A DNA stretch of 64,000 nucleotides from the NCBI RefSeq assembly GCF_006345805.1, contig NC_043002.1, positions 39,246,001 through 39,310,000 of the forward strand, written 5' to 3'. Source of the stretch: Octopus sinensis. Its lineage: Eukaryota. This document shows positions 13,101 to 27,769 of this stretch, piece by piece. Made by a program: the position numbers and the translations under genes. How positions within the stretch are numbered: position 1 is the stretch's first letter; the number at the start of each line of letters is the position of its first letter. A model generated the notes under the pieces. The model was not told the DNA's origin. It saw only the letters and a list, made by a program, of their open reading frames with translations, and made no database searches.

Positions 13101-14300
13101 TATAAATATGTGTATGTATGTGTATGCATGTATGTATATGTGTGTGTATGTGTATATATATATATATATATATATACAAAGTTTAGAGGACTGACCACTA
13201 AAGTGGACAGCCTATATGCTAAACATAGAAGTCAAATTGCCATTACCACGAAGAATGTGTTCTCAAGAAAAATCTCAGCAAAAAAAAGCAAAATATAAAA
13301 GCAAGCAAGACAAATGAAAATATACGAAATAAAAAAACCATTACCTATGTACCATTGGTTTCACTTGTTAATATTTACGTTTATGAACACGCTTGGTGCC
13401 AAAAACTGAAAGCAATAATTTCTCCTAAGTGTAAGAATTTGCAGAACCTGACAACCCAATCGCTTGAGTAGAAACAGACATAGACAAGTAAGTACAAATA
13501 TTCGAATGTGCAAATAAAAACAATATTTTGATAATGGTAAAGCGTAATGCTAGCAGGTAAGGTGTTAATTATGTGGTTAAGGCAGTGAGCTGGCAGAATC
13601 GTTAGCACGCCGGATAAAATACTTAACGGCATTCTTTCTGGCTCTCTACGTTCTGAATCGAAATGACACCGAGGTCAACTTTACCTTTCATCCTTTTGAG
13701 GTCGATAAAATAAGTACCAGTTGAATACTGAGATCGATATAATCGATTTACTTCTCCCTAAAATTATTGGCCTTATGCCAAAATTAGAAGCCATTATGTG
13801 CTTAACTATAGCAATAGTGTTAGAACTAAAAATAACAGATTGAAAATCTCAGAGTATGTAACTAGAAAAAAGACCGGCGTTCTTTTTATCGTCACTGTTG
13901 TTGTACTACAAAGGAATTTTTTTACCATTAACATTTACTGAATAACTATGGATAATATTAGTCAACTTAAAATAGTTATGATGCACCAAATTTATAACCT
14001 ATATAAATTCTACTTTGGCTCTATGACCGAAACATCAGTTCTCATTACCATCTAAGCTATTATAAGTGTAGATATTCTTTTCTTAACTCATACAAAGATT
14101 TAGTAATGAATCGACATATACACAGTGAACAATGAGAATCAACACGATGGCTTTCATCCGTTCGAGGTCGATCAAATAAATACGGGTTAAATACTGGAAT
14201 CGATGTAATCGACTTTCTCCTCCCTCGAAATTTCAGGACTTGTACCTGTTGTAGAAAGGATTATTATTGTTATTGTTGTTGTTGTTATTATTATTATTAT

Positions 14301-14554
14301 TCTATGTTTGACTTTTGCTTTATATTTGTACAAGTTGGCTCCAAGTCTCACCCAGAGACCTCAAGAGACAACAGGTTGGAAATTCCTGTTGTTGTTATGC
14401 CTAGTGTGCCATATATTTGGTTTTTTTTTTTTGGTGTTGTACTAATGAATGTCCAAAAATAAAACGAAAATTATGTTTGTTTTAAACCCTGAGATTAAAT
14501 AGAAAGTATTTTGCGTAGGATATGAGCAGTTCCCATGAGCACTATCTTTTGAAT

Positions 14555-14558
<4 letters not shown>
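14301..14558 (-). mobile_element. R4/Dong-like 3' end fragment
   Basis: IQKIVLMGTAHILRKILSI* followed by 3' UTR; embedded in (ATT)n. Confidence 0.8.
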
Positions 14559-14598
<40 letters not shown>

Positions 14599-15202
14599 GA
14601 GTGAGTGAGAGAGCAGTGCATGCCATCAAAGTGACACTGGGATAAAATATACGAAGCCCAGTATACCCATCATGACTACCCGTCGTCTGATAAGGGTACA
14701 CCAGGCACATACATCACAGTTAGAATTTTCTTCTGGTCGAGTATCCCATCCCGCTCAAAAGGTCCCTGAATAAGGATCGTATAAGGATGTTTAACGAACC
14801 ACCCATGTATCCAAAGGTGAATTATCCAAACCTCTAAGAATTCCTTTCAACACACGGCTATGATGCTCCCCCACTACTTCTGCTCATGATGAGAGATGCA
14901 CATATTGTCAGCCACTTAGGGACATGGTCAACTAGTTAAGGTCAAATAACTGACAAGCAAATCTATGGTATTGAGCAGAATATTTGCTATAGCAAATTAT
15001 CATTATTATTATTATTATCATTATTATTATTATTACTTTTTTTTTTCTTCTTTCAAATTTTCTTCCATTTCTTGCCGAGTGTCTTCCCGACTCCTAGGGC
15101 AAAGAAACTCATAGTATATATTGGTAGGCCATTAAACCAACTCAGCTAACCTGTCATTTCTTTCTTCCTTATCGCATACCTTGTTGTCAGCAGGGCATTA
15201 TT

Positions 15203-15249
<47 letters not shown>

Positions 15250-15322
15250 TATTATGTTGGAAGAAAGACCTGTTGTATTTCATGATAGAGAAAGAGAAAC
15301 AACTGATTCTTTAGTCTTGATA

Positions 15323-15388
<66 letters not shown>

Positions 15389-15681
15389 TATTATTATTAT
15401 TATTACCATCATTATTATTTTCATCATCATTATCATTATCATTATTAAGGCGGTGAGCTGGTAGAATCGTTAGCACGCCAGGCGAAATGCTTTGCGGTGT
15501 TTTGTGTCCTCCCTTTCTGAATTCATATTCCGCTGAAGTCGACTTTGCTTTTTATCCTTTTGGTGTCGATAAATTAAGTACCAGTGAAACACTGTGGTGG
15601 ATGTAATCGATTCATCCCCTCTCTCAAAATGTCTGCCCTTGTGGGAAAATTTTAAACCATTATCATTATTACTTTTATTAT

Positions 15682-15912
15682 TGCACAGCTTCTAACGCCG
15701 GAGATGTACAACGGTGTCTGCTGTTCACTACCAGTGAACTAAGGTAACACCTCTTATTTTTCGAGCACCTTTCGGAGTATTCGAGCGGTTCCAAGCAGTG
15801 TTGTTTTTTGCAAGTGCCCCACTCTTATTGCAGCCCCTATTTGTTCCGTGTACTTCTCAAGATTTTACTCAGTTTCCAGGGCTCCTACAATTATTTTTCC
15901 TCAACCACAACT
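15682..15912 (-). mobile_element. R4/Dong-like 3' end fragment
   Basis: IVGAL...NLEKYTEQIGAAIRV...LGTARILRKV-like, with frameshifts. Confidence 0.7.
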
Positions 15913-15984
15913 GCTTAAGCTCCCAAGCTAACCTGTCATTTCTTTCTTCCTTATCGCATACCTTGTTGTCAGCAGGGCATTATT

Positions 15985-16028
<44 letters not shown>

Positions 16029-16109
16029 TATTATGTTGGAAGAAAGACCTGTTGTATTTCATGATAGAGAAAGAGAAACAACTGATTCTTTAGTCTTGAT
16101 ATATTTAAT

Positions 16110-16700
16110 CAAGATAATATTCCCCCTCACTTTTGATAACATAGTTCCATTTATTTGACAATTTGTTGATCCCTCAGGCATAAAATTCTTCAGGCTTCGA
16201 AGCAAAGAAACACTCAATATAATTTACAGCCTCTTCACAATTAAACTGTTTTCTCTCGAAATAGTGTTGCAATGATCTGAAAAGATAATAGTCAGGTGGA
16301 GCAAAGTCAGGAGAGTAAGAAGGATAAGGCAAAACTTCCATATTTAATACCATATCTTGAAGGACTTGGAGAATGTGTGGTCTTGCATTATCGTGAAAGA
16401 GTAACCCCGCCTTTACTGCTGACTAATGACGGGCGCTTTTTCTGCAAATCTTTTTGCGGTTGACGATACTTCTCAGCATTATCAGTTTCATTTTGGTTTA
16501 ATGCTTCATGATAGACGTCACCCTTCATACCCCACCAAACACTGAGCATAATTTTTGTTTTTTGTGTACAGTAATGGTTTAGGAATGCACCCTCTTTTTT
16601 TCATTGGGTGCTAACAAATGTAGATTTCGTTGTATATGATTATAGAGAAACCACCTTTCATCACTTACGATGGTTTTTACTCAGCAAGTAGTAAGTCTAC
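16110..16700 (-). pseudogene. Mariner transposase remnant
   Basis: IVSDERWFLY, HDNARPH, VLPYPSYSPDFAPPDYYLFRSLQH, C-terminal EGEYYLD. Confidence 0.9.
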
Positions 16701-18489
16701 TCTTCAATATCAAGCAGAGAGTAACTCTTTGGTTAATCTGAGTTGCACTCAGATGATGTGGGACTCACTGACAAAAATATCAATCAGTTATTGAAGTCAA
16801 TATAACCAACTAAACTCCTTGCCCAAATTTAAGGCCTTGTGTCAATTACATAAATCATTATAATCAGAGAATAATTTAGTTAGAAATAACTATTGACTTC
16901 CTGCAAGATCCAAACAGACTCCTGCAGTGTCCTCAAACTTATATAGAGACATCGCCTTCTATCAGTGGCAACCTTGACTATATTCAAGAGAAAGCGGTCT
17001 GCATGGTTGATAAGTCTTTATTTGCGGACACATCTGGTTAATTGCCGTGCACATGACATCGTTATTTCGTAGTATGTTCAGCTGCAACTATCAAGAACAA
17101 TACTCTTCAGAATCTGCTGTATGCCACGTCTCTACTAGAACAGCAAGCAAATATCACCCATTTGCTTGAATTGAGACTCATCAATAGAAAGATCAACATC
17201 TGGTTTTGTCCATTAGGCTACAACCAAGCAGTTAACTATCTCCCATCTCTAAGCTAAACTGATCGTGAAGCGTTTATTTCATATTTAATTCCTTGACTTC
17301 AAACATTTCTCCAAACATTAACATCTAATAGTTTGTTGAGTTGGAACCAACACTTCTTATAATGAAATATTGGTGAAAAGTAAAATAAACAAAGTTAGAA
17401 ATTATTCTGTTCGCTGCCTCCCCATTTGTATGCCCATAAGATATATTGCTCATGAGATACATAACCATCCTTAAGTGGGAATATGTTAAACATTATTTTC
17501 AAAGTCATATACAATGAATTCATTTGACGGTTTTCTTCAATATTCTGTAACCACAAAATATTTGATTAGTTGACAAAACATTAGTTGACAAATCTATGTG
17601 AAGTCCAAATATAAAAATATTTATAAATCGTTAACAAAAAAATGTTGTCATAGCGACGACGACAGGAGATATTTAGTACATGCATGTCCGAGCGAAATGT
17701 GTGTCAGCAATGAGTCAGTTGTGGTAGTCATCAAATTCCGCAGCCAAGTGAGTAGCGTAAGTTTCGACCACTGGTCAGTTACCAGACAAACCATCTATAT
17801 ATACCCGATGGTATGTCAAAGAAAAGACGTCAAAGACAAAATCGTTAATGAAATTCCAGTTTCCAAAAAGTTGTTAGATTGTAATGAGTTAAGCATCTGA
17901 TGGATTCTATCGTATTTTTGCCGGTCAACTTAGTTACTGATAAAAACAATTCTTTAATATGTTTAGTTTTTTACTGACATCATCAATCTCTGACAAAATC
18001 CTGTTTGGTGTTATGTGCTAGTTTCTCATACGCGGACACACACGCACACATACTCAGTCATATATTGCGCATGCGCTGTTTTCGATATGAAGGATAATTG
18101 GTGGAATATTAAGAAATAACTTTTATTATCCAACATAATATTTACAATACCTCCTTGCTTAATTTTTAAAATCGTGTTTCATACGACCCATTATACATAT
18201 GCGCGCGTGTCTGTGCCTACATACATGTATACAATGACATCCGCAGGAAAGACTTTTCTGGTATAAATACAGACATTGTCACAGTTACTGAATACCTAAC
18301 AACACAAGTTATGTTCTCATCAAAACGTCTGCCAATTGCAAATTTAAAACGTTTAATATAGTTGTTTGAGACAAGAGAAAAGATCACGTACGATTATAGA
18401 GGTCAGGTGCCCTGCTGATATGAATGTCTCTTTAAAAAATTATGCGTTCGTGAAGAGAAATCGAATTATTTTTCGATGTGTGTGTGTAT

Positions 18490-18587
<98 letters not shown>

Positions 18588-19159
18588 AGAATTAGCTGGT
18601 CTTAATGCCGTATTCATAAAATGTTTATTGTAATTGTGTTTCGAGGTGAAATGTTATCTTAAGCTATTAAGATGACACTTCCCCTCGAAGCACTAGAAAT
18701 TTCTTAGGTATCTATACAGTAATGTTCAAAAGGAATTAAATCAGATTGTCGATATTTCGGGCGCATGGACCTTACACCTAATAGAACATAAGTAGAAATC
18801 CTAGAGATGAAATACGATTCAAATCTATGACAGCAGTTCGCTAAATAATTTATGTCTGACGTCTAGCAGAGGAGTTCAGCCACTTCTCAGATCAAAGAGC
18901 ACTGACGAAGATAAAATTGACCCCGTTATATGCCTCATAGATTCATCCTCAGCGACCTCAGAGGATGCACTAAAGAAAAATATCTTCTGGTATTTAATAC
19001 TAGCCGCCTTCCTTTACGCTGATGTGAACGTAGTTATTTCGTCTTATGTGATCTCGATAAAATCACAAGACTAACACTGGAAGTTGATATAATTAATTAA
19101 AAACCTTAACGTTAGTGCCTCACTGATGGTGACCGCAGCCCAAGGAGAGAAACTAGTGA

Positions 19160-19198
<39 letters not shown>

Positions 19199-19203
19199 AT
19201 GAA

Positions 19204-19246
<43 letters not shown>

Positions 19247-20424
19247 AAGGTGCATGACCTTGTTCGACTGAGAAGGAATTTACTTCAATGTCCTGATATA
19301 TTGATTTCTTGCATTGGCACAAGGCCACGAACTCAGGAGGAAAGAAACAGCTGAATATATCTAGCCCTGCACTTGATCGGTATTTATTTTATCGATTCCG
19401 GAAGGATGAATGGCATCTCTGGCGCGATCTGAACCAAGAGTGTAAATAATTGCAACTAAATACCGCAAGGCATTTTGTCCGACACTTCGACAATTCTGCC
19501 AATTCTCAAACTATTAGAGCAAAGAGAAAAGACGAAAGAAAAATCTCGTTATATGATATACTAGTTTCAAATTTTTCGCACAGGGCCATTAATTTTGGTG
19601 AAGGGGTTAAGTCGATTACATCGACCATGGGTACTCAACTGGTACTTGTTTTATCGACTCCGAAAGGGAAGAAAAGTAAAGTCGACATCGGTGGAATTGG
19701 AACTCAGAGCCTGAAGGCGGACGAAATGCAGCTAAGAATTTTGAGCGGCGTGCTTACGCTTATGCCAGATCACTGCCTTATGTCCAGATATCATCTATTA
19801 CTATTAAAAACTATGCAAGAGTGTTCTGGCAATCAGACAATAACTCACACTTTTGAAATCAACTCGCCTGACACCGTCTCTGATTCTGTGAGACGAACTT
19901 CCAGTTTTAAAATGATCTGAATTAAAACCTTCCTTAATAATTTTCTTGTTAAAAATTAATTGAAACAATAGCAGTATATATCAACAGGTAATCTCTCTGC
20001 GATAAACACAAGATACCTGAATTTTGTGTGTATGTGTGTGTATGTGGGTGGGGCGGGGCTGATCGATTACATCAACCCTAGTGTTCAAATGATACTTATT
20101 TCTTTACTGCCCACAAGGGGATACACACATAGGGGACAAACAAGGACAGAAAAACGGATTAAATCGATTATATCGACCCCAGAGCGTAACTGGTACTTAT
20201 TTAATCGACCCCGAAAGGATGAAAGGCAAAGTCGACCTCGGCGGAATTTGAACTCAGAACGTATCGATAGACGAAATACCGCTGAGCATTTCGCCCGGCG
20301 CTAACGTTTCTGCCAGCTCGCCGCCTTTGTTCAAATGATACTGCTGCAACTCCGAAGTGATGAAAAGCAAGGTCAACCTCGGCGGAATTTAAACTCCTAT
20401 CGTAAAGATACGTAAATTATATAT

Positions 20425-20690
20425 CAACAGAAATAGACAATCCATTTTTCGTTCCCTGCCACCATTCCCTTCAAAAACGGATCGTTTTCTTCACGCTTCT
20501 GCAATGAATCGCAAACGGAAAACCGTTGCGCTAGGTCCGCCTCATCCATTTGATGTAGAGTGCAAACATCGAGCCTAATTACGTAACCAAGTTGATGCAG
20601 ATATGTTTGTTTGCGGAATAACTGCGGTTACCTGGTCATATAACGGGGGTTGGTATCGATTAACTCCTTCGTTTTTTCGCCCTTAATCTC
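20425..20690 (-). pseudogene. Mariner transposase fragment
   Basis: HQLGYVIRLD...EADLAQRFSVCDSLQKREENDPFLKGMVAGNEKWIVY. Confidence 0.85.
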
Positions 20691-20811
20691 AGCCAGAATG
20701 AGGTGCGTTTTCATAGATGGATGGATGGATGGATTGACGGATAGCTACAGACAGACAGATAGATAGACAGATAGATAGATAAATAGATAGATAAGAGGTA
20801 GACAGACAGGC

Positions 20812-20924
<113 letters not shown>

Positions 20925-21406
20925 CATAGATAGATAGATAGATAGAACTGCGTCCAAAGGACTGTTTGGTATTGCAGGCCTTGTGCAAGAAGAAAGATGG
21001 AAACCAACTTTTAACGTCCGGGTTACCCAGAACGTTTTCGATTTACAGAAGACAAGAACAACCAGCGTCCTAATTTTGAAATCAGTGAGAAAGAGTGAAG
21101 GAGAATGTGGGCAGTAACCAGTTTGCTTGGCTTCCTTAGTTAAGTATAATGATAATTATGTCCTCTGTTTTCAGTAGAAAAAAAAAGAAGATAAGCCGTC
21201 AGTCTTTGTAAACTTTAAGTTTAAATACGGTTAAAGTAAATTTGTGAAGCAGAGTATTTTGGTGTAGTTTGGTTGAGATATTTCGGTAGAACTTTGAAAC
21301 AGCTGTTAAGTAAACCATCAGAGCTTGTCATTCAGTTCACGTTATCAACAAAATAAATTATGTTTACATTTTCAAAACATTATGCGCAAAATATATTATT
21401 ATACAT

Positions 21407-21447
<41 letters not shown>

Positions 21448-21654
21448 GAGAGGCAGGGGAAAATGTGTAGCGAATTGACAGTGACGTTAGAGCTTTGAAT
21501 GGTTTGCCTGGTGATATTTATTCTGGATCTCTGTGTTCTGTGTTCAAATCCCGCCGAGGTCAACTATGCTTTTCATTTTTGCGAAGTCGATAAATCAAGT
21601 CACCTAACTAAAGTCAGTTCTTCTCTCTTTCTCTTTCTGCCTTCCCCTGCTCCC

Positions 21655-21758
<104 letters not shown>

Positions 21759-22342
21759 CAAAGAAATCGACTTTGGTCAAACGTAGTGATAGGCCTTCTA
21801 ATACATCCTCGGCAATTTTCCTTTTATTTCTTCTATACTACTATTTCTTATTTCTTTACTGCCCACAAAGGGCTACACACAGAGGGGACAAACAAGGACA
21901 GACAAACGGATTAAATCGATAACATCGACCCCAGTGCGTAACTGGTACTTAATTTATCGACCCCGAAAGGATGAAAGGCAAAATCGACCTCGGCGGAATT
22001 TGAACTCAGACGAAATACCTATTTCTTTACTACCCACAAGGAGCTAAACACAGGGGAGACAAACAAGGACAGACAAACGGATTAAGTCGATTATACCGAC
22101 CCCAGTGCGCAACTGGTACTTAATTTATCGACCCCGAAAGGATGAAAGGCAAAGTCGACCACAGCGGAATTTGAACTCAGAACGCAGCGTTGGACGAAAT
22201 ACCCCTAAGCATTTCGCCCGGCGTGCTAACGTTTCTGCCAGCTCGCCGCCTTAATTTCTTCTATACTACTATTTCTATGAATTAGTAACTATTGTGTGTA
22301 TATATGTGTGTGTGTGTATGTGTGTGTGTGCGCGCGCGCGTG

Positions 22343-22370
<28 letters not shown>

Positions 22371-22373
<3 letters not shown>

Positions 22374-22639
22374 TATCCGAAGTGTATAGTATTATACATC
22401 CATCAATGCCGATCTTAACAATCGGTTTTGCGCTAGGGATTCAACGGAGTGTTAGATAACAATCCGATTATATAACCTTACGCTCATCATAGGTAGCTGA
22501 TATGGAATGAAATATCAGCTACCTCTAATGAGCGTAGGGTTATATAATTGTTATCTAACATTCCGTTGTACCTCTAGTGCGAAACCGATTGGTAAGATCG
22601 GCCGTGTTAGATATATAATATTGTACACTTCGGATAATA
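22371..22639. mobile_element. MITE/foldback element
   Basis: Terminal IR tattatccgaagtgta/tacacttcggataata plus internal IR gccgatctta..caatcggttt. Confidence 0.75.
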
Positions 22640-23666
22640 TACCCACTCTGTTGACAGATATACGAGAGCATCTATTTCCTGACTTGTGGACTTTGAAACA
22701 ACTTATGCTCTATATATATAGATATATGGCCCTTTAAATTGTTGGTGATAGAACCACGTGTCTGATTAAACATGTAAGTGTAAATACTTATAGTTTTATT
22801 ATCTTTTAAACAGTTTTAATTAGCTTTAAACATAGCAAGGTTTTTAATTATAAGTACTTTTATTAGTACCTATTTAATGAAATTTAATGTTTTTATTAGT
22901 TACTGGTAATTTAATATTATAGCTTGTAGTGGTGATATATCAATGAGTATGTAGTGTTTTATTAACTTTTGAATGATGAAATAATGTATTTCACTCGTAA
23001 AATATTAGTCAAATTATTTTCAGTCGTGTTTTGTTTTGGAGAGATTTATATAAGGCTTTAACTTTCATTATAGTAGTATCTATGGAAGACCGGTGGGATT
23101 ATTATTTGTATGGATTTAAAGATTGGTCACAATTTAGCATATAATCTAGTTATTACAGTTTACTATTAATACCGACATTGGTTTATATGTTACTTTGTTG
23201 TAGTTTTATCAAAGTTAGCGCTTAATCCTGCCTATATATTCATTGATTGGAATAACGTGGTTATTAAGCTTTTACTTGTATATTATACTACGGAAGAAGG
23301 TAGGGATTATAATTTTTGTATTACTTAATAGAGTTGTGCCCGTTTAGTTATGCATTTAGGAGTGGTAGTAACTAACTTATTGAATTTATTTATCGATGCG
23401 GTTGTACATAGGATAAATGTGTTTGAATGTTGTGGTTTCTTTGGTTTGTTTGTTCCCAAACAACACTTACTTTAGTGCGGCTGACACTGAATGGTACTGC
23501 CCAGGTGTCAAGACCATAATGATATCCGTATGATAGCTGATGATGGAGATATGTTGGATTGTTGGTATGGCTGTGGAATAGTATTATAACACGTCCTTTA
23601 TATATATATATATTGGCGTTTTTTTTTCCTCTGTCTTCTCTTCTCTGGATCTTTCCTTCTCCTATG

Positions 23667-23797
23667 TTTCCGACGAAGAGCTCCGCTCGAAACGTTAAAC
23701 CCTCCTTCTTTCATTCTTTCCTGAGCGTCCAATAATACTATATTTGTTCCACGTCCTCGCGTTGTTGCGTTTTCTCTTTGTGTTTTCATGTTTGGAT

Positions 23798-23800
<3 letters not shown>
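23667..23800 (+). mobile_element. Penelope-like terminal repeat with variant hammerhead (CCGACGA core)
   Basis: ttt-ccgacga-a-gagc/gctc-GAAA-cgt-t-aaa; U4 replaced by C. Confidence 0.55.
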
Positions 23801-23838
<38 letters not shown>

Positions 23839-23963
23839 GCGCGTTTATATATTCATTTTTTGCAAGATTCTTGATGTGAATTCGTGTGTTGAAACAGATA
23901 TTGTATTTGGGAATGGCCATGTTGCCAGTTTAGCCAATATATATACACATATACATACATACA

Positions 23964-24090
<127 letters not shown>

Positions 24091-25041
24091 ATTTAAGAAT
24101 GTGCTGCTGGAAAAAACTATTTCCTCATATTTATGCATCCCATGTATATATGTGTGCATGTTTGTCTGTGTGCGTGTGTACACATACATACATACTTACA
24201 TATATACATACACTCATACATGCATGGATATATACATATATAATAAAAGAGAGACAGAGCGAGAGTCAAAGAGAGACAGAGAACAACGATTATTCCCGCA
24301 TACAGCTAACTTATATCTACTATTCAAAAACCTACCTTCACCCATCAGTGCCATATTTGATAATTCCATTTATTTTTCACTTATCAGTATCAGTATTTTA
24401 TTCTTTACATCTGAGCGACAAATCATCTCAGCACATTTCCATTAAAATTTTCTTTTTTTCTGTCACTTTTCTTCTTTTCCATCTCATCTCTTCCAAATTT
24501 CATTTTGCTAAACATAATATATATATATACATATAAACACACACACATATATATATATATATATACGTACATACATACACACACATATCTGTACATACAT
24601 ACGTACATACATACATACATACACACTTTATATATATATATTTGCTCACAACCAACACTACCACTAGCCCCATCATCATCATCATCGTCAAAAGACTTAG
24701 AAGTGTGATAGCAATGGAGAAGAATGGTAGCAGGGAGGTAGTTGAATAGAGATTGCTCAAAGCTTTTAATTAATTTATTCCAGTCAAATCAGACATTTTC
24801 CATTAGTAATGAATTAAAAGTTTTATTTCTAACACCAACATCTGACAAATCGTAGACATATACAAAAAAAAGAAAAAAATGTAATTCACACTGTCAGAAA
24901 TATTATAGACAAATGGAAATTTAGTGAGGTGAGAGATGGAAGGGGAGAGATTATAACGAAAACACAAATGACAAGAGTGATTGGTCGTGAGTATATTGAG
25001 GTAAAAAGAAATGTGGCGAGCTGATGGGATTAATGTTTTAA

Positions 25042-25102
<61 letters not shown>

Positions 25103-26277
25103 GTGTGTGCGTGTGTGCGTGTGTGTGTGTGTCTGGGAGTTTGTGTGTTGTGGACTGTATTGTCGCAGACGACATGTGGAGGTTCCGGAATTTTATTGCT
25201 GAAAAAACCTGCGGAGAAGATTTGTTTATAGTAATCAAATGTTTTTTGTGCAGCATATTAGTCCACTCAGCTTAGTCAAAATGAATTGCAGCTATGGTTC
25301 AATCGGTCAGCCTTGTCGCATTCGGTGTATCATGCTGAATCTTCCTGTGAACTATGTTAAAGGTACGCGTGTCTGTGGAGTGTTCAGTCACTTGCACGTT
25401 AATTTCATGAACAGGCTGTTCCGCTAATCGAATCAACTGGAAAACTCGTCGTCGTAACCGACGAAGTACCTAGCTGCACATTAGTTTTAATACTCTCTCT
25501 CCATCAAATAGACATTGCCTATACAGGTGCACGATGTACCAAAGTTCAGATGTTGGAGCAACATGAAATTAAGTGTTTTGCTCATGGTCACAATGCACCG
25601 TCCAGTCCGAGAATAGAAACCGCGATCTTGCAATCGTAAGTGCACCCTAACCACTAGGCCAGACGCCTTCACATTTATCTATATATCTTCGCATCCCCCT
25701 CTCCCTCTCCCTCTCTCTCTCCACGCACACATACACACTCACATACACCCACATATATGAAAAGGGGAGCAGGGAAACGATTAACTAACAGAACAGGACA
25801 AAGATCAAATATACACGGAAATCCTCTCATCAGCCATGGAAACCAGACTACAAGCGTAGTTTCGGTGCATTTAAAATTTGGAGACTTTAAATTCTAGGGT
25901 GCTGCTTTTCTAGCTGCACCAGGGATTTATGGAATATTACAGAAGTAATGGATAAACAAGGACTAAAAGTAAAGGACCACAACACACAAGTAGGATGCAA
26001 AATTACGGCCAGAAGCTAAAAATACAGTGGAAAAAGTTCTATGTGTATACACATACTTACACGCGCGCGTACGCACACACACACACACACACACACACAG
26101 CATATGCGCAACCAGAAACACAAACACTATTGTACGTTAATACATACAAATATACGTATGCTTGTATACGTGCGTGTGCTTGTATGTATGTTTTGTGTGT
26201 GTGTGAGTGTACACAGATATAACTTTTGATATTGTATTAATAACTTCTACCTGTATGTATGTATGTATGTATGTATG

Positions 26278-26309
<32 letters not shown>

Positions 26310-26317
26310 TGTATGTA

Positions 26318-26363
<46 letters not shown>

Positions 26364-27769
26364 CGTGTATATATGTAGGACTGTATGTATGCATACATGC
26401 ATGCATACGCATGCAGACGGTTGTCTGTCGGTCAGGCACGGTAGAAAAACAACTCACCCGAAGGAGAGCTATAGAAAAGAAGGAAGATACTACCATTTCA
26501 TATAATGAGGAATGAGAACGAAAATTGAAGAACATCTGTCTTCCTCGAAAATTTGAATAGAAAGGACAAACTGGAAGAATTATGGGCTTGACCTGTAGTG
26601 GTGGTAGTAGTGAGTAGAGGAATTGTCAGAGGGGGAAAAGAAAGAGAAGAGTAAGTGTGAAAGCGAGTAAGTAAAGAACCAAGAGAGAGATAGAAAGGAA
26701 CGTAGAGAGAGGGAAAAAAATTATAAGCCGCATGAAGTAAAAGATAGAAGTATTACATGCTAGTGAAAACAAGGGAGAAAGAAAGAGGGGAGGAGAAACA
26801 GATAGACTGGTCACAATTAGAGAGAGTGACATCGATAGTTGGGAGAAAATTTTAGGAGGCTGTGTGCGCTACAAATATTTTTGCTGATAGCCTCTAGAGT
26901 CAAAGAAATACGATTCTGCAATTTCTTGCTGAATAACTTCTACAGACGATTTGTTCATAGCGCCCAACCGTTTGTGTTGTACATAAGCTCATTCTCACCA
27001 TCAAATCGACATTGCTTGTACAGATGCACGGTGTGCCATACGTCAGATAATGAAGTGATCGCAGAACAACGTAAAATGAAGTGTTTTACCCAAGAACATA
27101 ACGCACTGCCCGGTCCGGGAATGAAAACCACGATATGACAATCAAGAGTGCTACGCTCTAACCTCTAAGTCATGCGTCCTATGAATATTAGTGAAAAATC
27201 AAAATGGATCATGGAAACGATTAACAGACAAGAATAATACATGTATGCTTCTTAGAGTAGGTCAACGTGTAGGTAAAACACTGAACGAAGTGCATTGCAT
27301 TGCTTAACTTCGTCAAAGCGGCAAGCCGGCAGAATTGTTAGCACACCGGGCAAAATGCTTAGCGGCATTTCATCCATATTTACGTTCTAAGTTCAAATTC
27401 CGTCGAGGTCGATTTTACCTTCCATCCTTTCAGGGTCGATAAATTAAGTAATTGTGAAACACTGGGGTCGATGTAATCAATAATTCCCCTCCCCCAAAGT
27501 TTTAGGCAATGTACCTATAGTAAAAGGGATTATATAACTTCGTATCTTAATGCTTTAAGTTCAAATCTTATTTCGAATTATATTTCAGAATATATAAAAC
27601 AGTTAACAGGTAGCAGTGATATATTGAGATCGACTTAACTTACCTACCGCCACCCCTCCATCTTCCCTATACAAAACGGTTACCTTCTACCTACTCGAAT
27701 GAAATCTGCAAATTTCTTGGAATGGTTCTATTCTTTAAAGCTAGGATACTTTAATTTGGCTGTAGTATT

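Noticed and set aside
16960-17330. Possible CR1/Jockey-like 3' ORF2 remnant (LDYIQEKAV)
   Set aside because: Single weak motif with multiple stops.
22740-23600. Possible Penelope RT on the minus strand
   Set aside because: Strand-asymmetric composition and faint motifs next to a PLE-like end, but too degenerate to assign by eye.
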